Positions 55,049 through 64,000 of a stretch of DNA of 64,000 bases are shown here, in pieces. The notes beneath the pieces are model-generated. The model was given only the letters and a program-made list of their open reading frames with translations. It had not been told where the DNA came from and searched no databases. The stretch comes from Octopus sinensis (taxonomy: Eukaryota), in NCBI RefSeq assembly GCF_006345805.1, contig NC_042999.1:126418001-126482000 (forward strand), read 5' to 3'. The translations under genes were made by a program, and so were the position numbers. Every line of letters starts with the position of its first letter. The first letter of the stretch is position 1.

Positions 55049-55950
55049 GAGGGAGAGATGAACTACTAAAAGTTAAGTTGAAGAAACTTTACTTCTATCC
55101 CACCAGCACGTGCTTCCAAGCTTTCCGAATATTGAAATGATTACAAATAAAAGCCTTATAACAACAACAGCAACAAAAAGTGAAAAATAAGTAGACGCGA
55201 AAAGAGGCGAAAAGAAAGAAGGATATTTAATCTAAAGCTGTTACTCTGCCGATATCGTTCTAACACAGCCGATTATTTTGATATGCGTCTGTCGTGAGGT
55301 CATGCGTTATCAAAACTCAAATAACTCAAACGCAAAACGTTCGCAAAACGTTCTAGTTGAGGTTTGTTCGTCGACAACTTAACTTTGGTAGCTTTTTATC
55401 TATGTTTAACAGCAACGGAGTGTCGAGAAGCTGGAAAGTGAATCGCTTGATATAGCGTTGTTGTTGCTCTTGCTGCCACTGCTGCTGTTTAGCTCCAAGC
55501 TTCTACCACAGTCATGGGCAAACTGCAGCCCACGGAACTTTTTGAATGGCATGCCAAGCGAAAAATTACCTATTTTCCTTTCTGGTAGTACTACCATGCC
55601 TCATGCGGACCGTTTCTCAAAAAAGGTTACCCATACTTGCCGGGCTCGTTTTAAGCCAGATATATTTGTTCAAATTGGGCCCCACGCCAAGAGAAGGCCA
55701 CGCGTACACATTTGAGCGGAGGAAAACTATGATGAGTTTTTAGTATATCGTTATGGCCAATGGTGGTGCTTCAAGCCCTCAGTGCTTTTTGATTGGGACT
55801 GGCGTACTACACAAAGCATAAAACATCAATCTTCAGCTTTTGTAAGAGTAGAGAGCCCCATTAATGATTCTCTAATTGGGCCTCGCACTTCCTAGCGCTT
55901 GCCCTCCATGCTTGCTCTACCACCTCCAAAAGAAGATCTAATCGAGAAAA

Positions 55951-56190
55951 CTCTCATTTTTAGACATCATGATAAAAAAAGTCAACAATCAAATCATAAC
56001 TGACATCTATTATAAACCAACTGATTCAAAACAATATCTCCTCTTTAACTCATGCCACTCGAAACACATCAAAATAAATATTCCTTTCAATTTGGCAAAA
56101 AGGATTTGCACAATAGTGTCTGACAGAACAACTCGAGACCTTCGTCTTCAAGACCTCAAAACAACTCTTTGCGACAGAGGTTCAATAACC
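55951..56190 (+). pseudogene. PLE reverse transcriptase thumb fragment
   Basis: LSFLDIMIKK..TDIYYKPTDSKQYLLFNSCHSKHIKINIPFNLAKRICTIVS. Confidence 0.85.
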
Positions 56191-56360
56191 CACCTACTGG
56201 ATCTAGCGAACATTTGCATTTAAATACCAACTAAGTAGATGTAAACCACAATGAAAAACACCAACTACGACCAATTTGTAGTAGCAGAAATACTTATGAT
56301 ACAGCTAGTGCGGTAACAACGCCGATAAATGGAGTCGGAACTGCCTTATATACAAATAAA

Positions 56361-56800
56361 TACGATAAATGATCATGCAGAGAAAAATCAAAATGTCTTT
56401 TGATGAATCTCTGTATAAGTACAAATCTTGTATATAAATGTACCGTCTGCACAAGGGAAGGGCCCTATGTTTACATTGGGCAGACGGCTGATTCATTTAA
56501 GAATCGTTATCGTAACCATGTTGCCAGCTTTAAGACAATCAATAAGAGACGTTCAACATCTTTGGTAGATTTTGTATGGTAACTGAAGGAGGATAAAATG
56601 CAGTACAACATTAATTGGTCCATAGTAAGGTATGCGAAACCATACAATATAATTTCCAGGAGACGCCGTCTCTGCTCCGAGTAATATCTGTCTATTCTGT
56701 GGACTAACGAGAAGATAATAAATAGAATTTCTGAACGACTCTCGAGATGCCTACACGCATATAAATGTACTTTCGCACAATGCCGTGAGAATGAATTTTG
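56361..56800 (+). pseudogene. PLE Cys-rich linker plus GIY-YIG endonuclease (3 in-frame stops)
   Basis: *SCREKSKCLLMNLC, NLVYKC..YVYIGQT..FKNRYRNH..STSLVDFVW*LK..NWSIV..LCSE*..RCLH; same architecture as 1054-1410. Confidence 0.85.
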
Positions 56801-57195
56801 AGTAACTGTTGACTTAATTTACTTTAAGGTATGGGTGACTTAAGTTTACTTTTAACCTCCCCATTCTTATAAACACCAAGTAGATAACTAACTCGCTTTG
56901 TGATCATGAGTACACCAAACCTCACGTGTGCGTATGCTCACATTTTTGCGGATGCTAGTATGAGCGAGTGTACTCACTCCATGCAGCTTTCCGAGGGCGT
57001 TTATACATCCATATCTGTTAATGGTTATTTCTAATACTTTTCTCGATGGATTGTGTATTCGTTTCTCTTTTTGCCATCTATGATTTTATTTTTGATCTAT
57101 ATAAATGAAGATATTTCCTCTGTCTGGCTGCTTTTCTCTCTACAAAACGGAAAGTTACATTGCGGAACGGTCATTTTAATGAGTTGTATTTATTT

Positions 57196-57301
57196 ATCAC
57201 CCGACAAGATACATCGGCACCGCCGGATGCTCCTGAACCAGTTGCTGAGTGTCCCACCCAAGAGGAATCGATGCTAGATGTGTCGAAACAATTGTCGTGA
57301 T
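57196..57301 (+). ncRNA. hammerhead motif in PLE 3' region (two core substitutions)
   Basis: atcac/gtgat stem I; CCGACAA at 57201-07; stem II gatacatc/gatgtgtc (8 bp) with long loop; GAAA at 57285-88; palindrome ACAATTGT; GUC ending at 57296. Confidence 0.7.
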
Positions 57302-57535
57302 TAATAATGAATTCTCGTATATTCCATCTTCCGTCTTTCATTTGCTATATGTGTGTGTGCGTGTGTGTGTGTATGTATGTATGTATGTATGTATGTATGT
57401 ATGTATGTATGTATGTTTGTATGTATGTATGTATGTATGTATGTATGTATGTATGTATGTATGTATATAAAATTTTTTTCGTAATGAGATAAAAAACCAA
57501 GGCTGAGTAGATTTTAGAACATTTATAGATAGAAG

Positions 57536-57583
57536 GTCTTACAGCTGTTTCCAAGATATTTATTATATCCCTTTATCGGAGAC
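57536..57583 (-). ncRNA. hammerhead motif (two core substitutions)
   Basis: Minus gtct-CCGATAA-a-gggatat/aataa/atatctt-g-GAAA-CAGCTGT-A-agac; ACAGCTGT palindrome, GUA. Confidence 0.65.
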
Positions 57584-57959
57584 GGTGTGAGAGGATAGTT
57601 AAGTAATAGTTGATTTAGATATGATACAAAATAGAGAGTGAGGTGGAGGAAAGAAAATAGATGTGAGATATGGAGGGATATTAGGTATTCCTATTTTAAC
57701 CACACCAGATTTCGGATATTTATGATGATATTCAACTGCAATGTAAAACAAAACCTGGTTATCTCCGTCTTTCTGAAAGTACAGCATTCTGATGCCTATC
57801 CATTTAGACAGTAGTAATCATAATTTTTAGCGGCTTCATTTTCACCTTCGCAAAATATCAAATTTCCGTATGCACGAACTCCGGTTTGCCCTGTACTTTT
57901 GAAAATATTAATTTGGGTCTGCATTTCGGTCACCTTTGAAAATTAAGCATACACACACA

Positions 57960-58004
<45 letters not shown>

Positions 58005-58518
58005 TCAGATTATGGAATAAAAGCATCGCTGAGGTAGGGTAAAATGAGTAATTTCTGATTTCTGATTTTTTCCTATTTTTTTCTTATCTGCTTGAAACCA
58101 TTGCATTATAGATATTGCATCATCATTTTGTACAGTTGCGTTCTCTTTGGGAGTAAACATAAATTAGCATAATTATTGTTGAGAGAGTTTGAAATAGCAG
58201 ACAGGTATATTTTTCCCCAACTTTCATCCTATTGTAATTGAGGTTGCTGATAAAATATCCGGTTAATTTTTGGCGTTTAACAATCAATATTCTTTTCTCT
58301 GTTAGATTCCAACATGTCTAATTTGATAATTTTCAATTCTCAAAACAAATGTCTAGAGTGGGACAAAATGAGTAATGACTAGTTGCAGTAATTTCTCCCC
58401 TTTAACAGCATGGTGCGTAAATATTTCTAGAAGAGATCCAGCAGATCGTGAAGAAACTACAGAGGATATGTTATGTTGAGTTTTTAGATTTAATAGAGTT
58501 TCATTAACTTCATATCAT

Positions 58519-58726
58519 ACTCTTTTACTTGTTTCAGTCATGTGACTGTGGCCATGCTGAAGCGCCGCCTTTAGTCGAGTAAATCGACCCCAGGACTTAT
58601 TCTTTGTAAGCCTAGTACTTATTCTATCGGTCTCTTTTGCAGAACCACTAAGTTATGGGGACGTAAACACACCAGCATCGGATGTCAAGTGATGTTGGGG
58701 GAACAAACACACACACACAAACATAT

Positions 58727-58798
<72 letters not shown>

Positions 58799-58950
58799 CG
58801 ACGGGCTTTTTCAGTTTCCGTCTACCAATCCACTCACAAGGCTTTGGTCGGCCCGAGGCTATAGTAGAAGACACTTGCCACGCTGTGGGACTGAACCCGG
58901 AACCATATGGTTCGTAAGCAACCTACTTACCACACATCAACTCCTACGCT
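58519..58950 (-). mobile_element. SINE family C, full length
   Basis: Reverse complement of 59644-60015. Confidence 0.85.
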
Positions 58951-59643
58951 TGTGCCCATTTGACCTCTTTCATAGATATTTTTTCTTCCCTTTTTTTTTT
59001 TTTGCATTTCTGATCTTTCTGATTCTACAGATGGATATTGATATGTATGAGATTTGTTTCCAATGTAGTTCTGGAGAATTGGAAAGGTAAATTTAACTTG
59101 CTTTGCCTTACTCATTTTGCCCCATTTAAATTTGTAATTTGTATACTCAAAGAGAACGGCGATAATTATTTGAAATAGTGTTCTGAATATATTATAGCAT
59201 TTTTAATGCACTTAGAGAAAGGCATTTGTTTAGCTGAAAAAGGGAGAGAACGTTTGGAAAAAATATTTTTTCTTAAAGTCAAAAATGCAGTAAATACAAC
59301 TCATTATGCTCCCTTACTATATACTCTCTTACTATATACTTGTGTTTCCTAAACACCAGAAGCTGCAGTTCTTCGTTCAGAAAATCCCTTTAAAGACATA
59401 TAGGGTTAAAAATACACAAAATACTTGGCGATTTTGTTTCGCCTAGCTCTATAGTATTGATAATATATATTTAGTCGAGTTTCGTTAACTTCATATCATC
59501 CATGAACCTCTTTCATAGATTTTTTTTTTTTTTTTTGCATTTCTAATCTTTCTGATGTCTAAGGATAGATATTGATATGTATGAGATTTCTTTCAAATGT
59601 AGTTCTGGAGAATTGAAAATTATTAGACATGTTGGAATCCAAC

Positions 59644-60015
59644 AGCAGGAGTGGCTGTGTGGTAAGTAGCTTGCTTACCAACGACATACATGGTTCTGGG
59701 TTCAGTCCCACTGCGTGGCGCCATGTGCAAGTGTCTTCTACTATAGCCTCGGGCCGACCAATGCCATGTGAGTAGATTTGGTAAACGGAAACTGAAAGAA
59801 GCCCGTCGTATATATATATGTGTGTGTGTACATGTTTATGTGTCTGTGTTTGTCCTTCCAATATCGCTTGACAACTTAACGGTTCGGCAAAAGAGACCGA
59901 TAGAATAGGTACTAGGCTTACAAAGAATAAGTTCTGGGGTCGATTTGCTCGACTAAAGGCAGTACTCCAGCATGGCCGCAGTCAAGTGACCGAAACAAAT
60001 AAAAGAATAAAAGAA
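59644..60015 (+). mobile_element. SINE family C, full length
   Basis: GCAGGAGTGGCTGTGTGG head, GGGTTCAGTCCC B-box, AAAAGAAT tail. Confidence 0.85.
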
Positions 60016-60088
60016 TATAACAGAAGACAGACAGGTGAGGGAACAACAAACGTGGTGTATTAGTTTGACACTCGGGAAAATGGAAATA

Positions 60089-60125
60089 TCTTTGACGTTT
60101 CGAGGTTACGCTCTTTGGCAGAAGA
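60089..60125 (-). ncRNA. decayed minimal hammerhead (same family as 2838 and 62920)
   Basis: Minus tctt-CTGCCAA-a-gag/cgtaac/ctc-GAAA-CGT-C-aaaga. Confidence 0.5.
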
Positions 60126-60343
60126 GGAAGAGGGAGAAAAGACGAAGATAGAAAAATAAAACGTGTTAAGGGTAAGGTATTTGAGGTGGTCTATTCGTTC
60201 ATCTACCTTGAAAGCTCTGTACAAAATGATGGAAATCTTGATACAGAAATACATCTGCGAATTCAGAGGGCAGTAAAATCAACAATTTGTTTCGACTCAT
60301 ATACACTGGTGAATTTATAAAACAAATTCACATCTATGTATAC

Positions 60344-61158
60344 AAGTATCCGGACTGTTGCCATAGTAACGAAGCTAAAACACGCAGAGTGAAGCCGCTT
60401 GGCACAGATTGACCTTGAACTCTGCTGTGCGGGCGCACTTAGTTTTAATGTTCTAGCTCACTTCCGCTGTTACAGCAGTGCTTGGAAGGAAGGTGTGTAG
60501 CGTGTGATCGTCGCATTAACCATGACAAAGAAAGTTGTTATGGTGATACCTGCAAAGTTGCAGAAAATGTATGGAGAGGAGTGTATGATCTGCACACATG
60601 TGTACGAGTGGTTCAGATGTTTCCAAAGATGGCCCAATAAATATCGACATTGACGAACGTTCTGGGAAGCCTGCAACCAGCAGAACTGAGAAAAACATCG
60701 CAGATGTGCGTGCAACTGTGAGAGGAAATCGTCGAATCACCATCCGTGAGTTATCAGAGTATGTGCAGATTAGTTACGGTTCAGTTCAGTCCATTATCAC
60801 TGCAGATTTGGGTACGAGACGCGTGTCTGCCAAGTCTGTGCCAAAACTACTTTCAGCTGACCAAAAAGACACTCGGGTTTCAGTTGCACATCTCCTTGAT
60901 TGTGTCGATGAACACTTTTTGAAAAATTTTGTAGGCCTCTGAGCAGGTATCGTGAAGCTTTTGGTAAAATTTGATGCGACGATCACACGCTACACAACTT
61001 CTCTCCAAGCACTGCTGTAAACAGCGGAAGTGAGCTAGAACGTTAAAACTTAATGCGCAGGTACAGCAGAGTTCAAAGTCAATCTGTGCCAAGGGGCTTC
61101 ACTCTGCGTGCTCTAGCTTCGTTACTATAGCACCAGTCCGGATACTTATTGATCAGAC
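60344..61158 (+). mobile_element. second mariner-derived foldback element
   Basis: AAGTATCCGGACTG ends; 60344-60516 inverted at 60974-61147; plus-strand transposase DERSGKPATSRTEKNIADVR..RRITIRELS..RRVSAKSVPKLL; an inverted N-terminus IKFYQKLHDTCSEAYKIFQKV at 60908-60973. Confidence 0.85.
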
Positions 61159-61159
61159 C

Positions 61160-61995
61160 ACTGTCTTGATGTTTTGCGTTCTTGTCCCATTTTGTATTTA
61201 TATATATATATATATATATATAAAACATATAGCGACGTACGTACACTTTGGTCTCTTACATGTAAGTATATATTTATCTAAATCTTGTACGACTCTATTT
61301 TTTCTATCCTTTTATTATTTCTTTCTATCAGCCTTTTCACGCTTAATTCGTTCATTCCACTCTTCGTTGTTTCGTTTCCCCTCTCTCACATTTCCTTGCC
61401 ATCTCTTCATGCTCACTTTCTCTCCTCTTTTCACTTAACTGTGTCCCTGTCATTTTTCTCGCCCCTCCTTATTTCTTCTATCCCTCTACCTCTACCTCTT
61501 CTCTCCCCACGTGACCGGTGTTCGGCCAAGCCTGACCTTTCTTTCTTGGTTCGACTACTATCCGTGCACCATCTATATTCCTCCCTGTGCCTGTGAAATC
61601 TTGTATCCCTTCCGTAAGGCTTTACTTCCACACACGCCAGCTTAATTTAATTCGCCCTTAGTCGAAAGACACCTGTTGTTATGTCCTGTTATTTGTATTT
61701 GTGTGACATTCTCCGTTTTTTTTCCGTCCTTATTTTCGTGTACATTCGCTGCTTTCTTCCAAGGAATCTAATGCTCTTAGCTTAGTTTTTTCTTGGGGCT
61801 GGCCATATTGGAGCAATCTCGGTATAACCAGCCGAAATTGCATAGATAATCTGGCACTCGAGTGAGGAAAGAAAACTCCGAATGACCCGCCCTTGTTTTC
61901 TTTGTATCGTCTATCTGGATGTTTTGTTGTCCCTTTTTGTATCACTTAACTGTCTGGATGTTTTGCGTTTTTGTCCCATTTTGTATTTATATAAA
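61160..61995 (+). repeat. repeat with a ~44-bp 3'-like end present twice, each running into a TA-rich tract
   Basis: ACTGTCT(T/G)GATGTTTTGCGTT(C/T)TTGTCCCATTTTGTATTTATATA at ~61160-61203 and ~61948-61991. Confidence 0.55.
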
Positions 61996-62005
61996 TAAAT
62001 ATATG

Positions 62006-62073
<68 letters not shown>

Positions 62074-62216
62074 GAGAGAGAGACAGACAGACAGAGATAG
62101 AGACAGAGAGACAGAGAGCAATAAAAAATGGAGGGGATCAATAGGTGGTTCATCAACTTTTAGACATTATATTATGTCAATTTATTTATTTATTTACTAA
62201 AATGACAACTTCAAGA

Positions 62217-62293
<77 letters not shown>

Positions 62294-62297
62294 ACAC

Positions 62298-62465
62298 ACG
62301 ATGCGCTTCCACACAGTTTCTGTCTACCATCTTCATTCAAAAAGTATCGGTCAGTCCGGGTGTATAGTGAAAGACATCTGTCCAAGATGTCACGCAGGGG
62401 GACTGTACCGAAAAACCACTCAATTACAAAGCGAGCTTCTTAACCACGAAGCCATACCTACAGCC
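62298..62465 (-). mobile_element. SINE family C, 5' half, diverged
   Basis: Aligns loosely to 58795-58950. Confidence 0.6.
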
Positions 62466-62486
62466 TGTGCCATACTTTTATTGGCA

Positions 62487-62560
62487 GCTCTTCTGATGGG
62501 CGTCGAGAGTGGTTTTCCCAAACTCTCGTGTACGAAACCGATTGGCAAAATCGGCTGAAA
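62487..62560 (+). ncRNA. decayed hammerhead with a conventional hairpin stem III
   Basis: CTGATGG at 62493-99; cgagagt/actctcg helix; GAAA at 62534-37; ccgatt-ggcaa-aatcgg; the triplet reads GCU; stem I is weak. Confidence 0.4.
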
Positions 62561-62589
62561 TGGGTCTGTGACACTGTATTGCGTAAGTA

Positions 62590-62850
62590 ATTATATGTAC
62601 ATATGTAAGTCACGTGATCACCTGACCGACCAGACTAATAGGTGTTGTTACACATCGTTTTAGCCCTCGAATGATGCCATCCTGCTAGCTAGGCGAGCAC
62701 GCCAACATTTTCCCTGATCGAAAGGGGGACTGGGGCAGCGTGAACTGAAGTGTTTGCTCAAGAACACAACGCACTACCCAGTCTGGGAATCAAACCCACG
62801 ATTTAGCGATCGTGAGTACAACAACCTAACCACTAGGCTACACGCCCTCG
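62590..62850 (-). mobile_element. SINE family B variant
   Basis: Minus head GGGCGTGTAGCCTAGTGGTTAG..GGGTTTGATTCCC. Confidence 0.7.
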
Positions 62851-62919
62851 TGTGTGTGTGCGCGCACCCCCCTAGCCACTACACATCTTTATTTTCTCTC
62901 CTTGTTTCTTTCTGTGTTC

Positions 62920-62955
62920 CTTTCTGTGAAAGAGCGTAGGCTCGAAACGTTAAAG
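62920..62955 (+). ncRNA. minimal hammerhead-like motif with altered core
   Basis: cttt-CTGTGAA-a-gagc/gtag/gctc-GAAA-CGT-T-aaag; perfect stems I and II, ACGT palindrome. Confidence 0.55.
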
Positions 62956-63045
62956 ACTTTTTCACTTCCTGAGCGTTATACTAATACATCTGTTTGTTGT
63001 CTACACCACCTGCCTTCGTCTTTCGTTTTTTTTATGAATTCTCCC

Positions 63046-63091
<46 letters not shown>

Positions 63092-63300
63092 AAGCTAGTT
63101 ATATGAAGCCTTCCTTTACATGCTACTTGACTTCAGAAGCTACATGGATAATAAAGATTAAAATATTGTTTTCTCTCCCTCCCTCTCTCTCTCTCTCCCT
63201 CTCTTTCTCTCTCTCATTTTATCTAACCCCTGTGTGTGTATGTGAAAATATATACGTAAATTTAGCATTATTACTTGCAAGTGTTGTATGTTCGTTTATG

Positions 63301-63331
<31 letters not shown>

Positions 63332-63947
63332 ATGTATGTATGTATGTATGCATGTATGTATGTATGTATGTATGTATGTATGTATGCATGGGGGATGTGT
63401 ATGTGTATGTGTGTGTATGAGTGCGTGTGTGTGTGTATGCAAAAAAAATCATTGAAAAAATAACTTTATACATTAGTTTGTTCTTATTTGAGAAACGCTG
63501 TTTTCTTACAACTAATTGTTTTTAAATTCCTGATAAACTTGCATCTTCTATGTTGATGTTTACTGACTGTAAAAATATTGTGAAAATACAGCCAATGTTA
63601 TCTCAAATTTTTTACTTCAATTTCGAATTTAAACGGGTTTTTTTGTTTTGTTTTTTTTTTGTCTTTTAATGGTAAATAGGAAAAAAATTAGAAACAGTAT
63701 TCAATAATTCTTCTAAATTAAAAGTATACAGAGAAGTGAATAATGGCTCTCTGTTTTCAAATATTTTTCTTTTTGTCTTTTTAGCAGATAAGCGTTTTCC
63801 ATTTGAAAAGACGTGAATTGTCGAACCAGTAGGGGTAACAACAGCCACTCAAGAATTTAGAAGTTTTGTATGTTGTCTACTCGCAACGGAATACTGCATC
63901 CACATCTGGTTCGCTGCAGCTGTTGCTATGAGCACGAACATTCTAGA

Positions 63948-64000
63948 CAGCGGTTCTCAAACAGAGCACCACCTCGATACACTAGCACTTCACAAGGGAG
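63948..64000 (+). mobile_element. possible left end of a hAT-like MITE
   Basis: CAGCGGTTCTCAAAC resembles the TIR at 34095; the window ends before a partner TIR. Confidence 0.3.

Noticed and set aside
56370-56372. In-frame TGA at a conserved Cys position of the PLE linker, suggesting selenocysteine as reported for some Naiad PLEs
   Set aside because: The same frame has two TAA stops and other decay, only one TGA is present, and I see no SECIS; a point mutation is simpler.
58028-59320. Possible Tc1/pogo-like MITE defined by GG(G/T)(C/A)AAAATGAGTA motifs in both orientations
   Set aside because: The motifs are short and degenerate, and I could not define consistent termini or a TSD.

Overview
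Very AT-rich, microsatellite-saturated animal DNA. The SINE families and repeat profile suggest an octopus/coleoid cephalopod genome (inference, not confirmed). No host protein-coding gene is recognisable, and most listed ORFs are translations of simple repeats. Autonomous-type retroelements: a near full-length (~6.2 kb) Tx1/L1-like LINE with three shorter relatives, RTE, R4/Dong-like, CR1/L2-like and HERO-like fragments, and two Penelope-like (PLE) GIY-YIG fragments. DNA elements: three mariner derivatives (two of them foldback), a Chapaev/CMC-like transposase, hAT and long-TIR MITEs and a Helitron-like element. There are also about 20 tRNA-SINE copies and a near-identical 1.65-kb tandem duplication. 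Three observations stand out. (1) All four Tx1-like copies sit in (GATA)n arrays in one orientation, and the three complete 3' junctions share the same repeat phase. (2) Eleven minimal hammerhead-ribozyme motifs (one with an intact core, the rest decayed), nearly all with a palindromic stem III and mostly 40-125 nt from a TA/TATG microsatellite. (3) An HDV-like ribozyme remnant heads a short RTE-related element. Together these suggest that several retroelement clades each use a different microsatellite class as a landing site. Coordinates were read by eye and may be off by a few bases.
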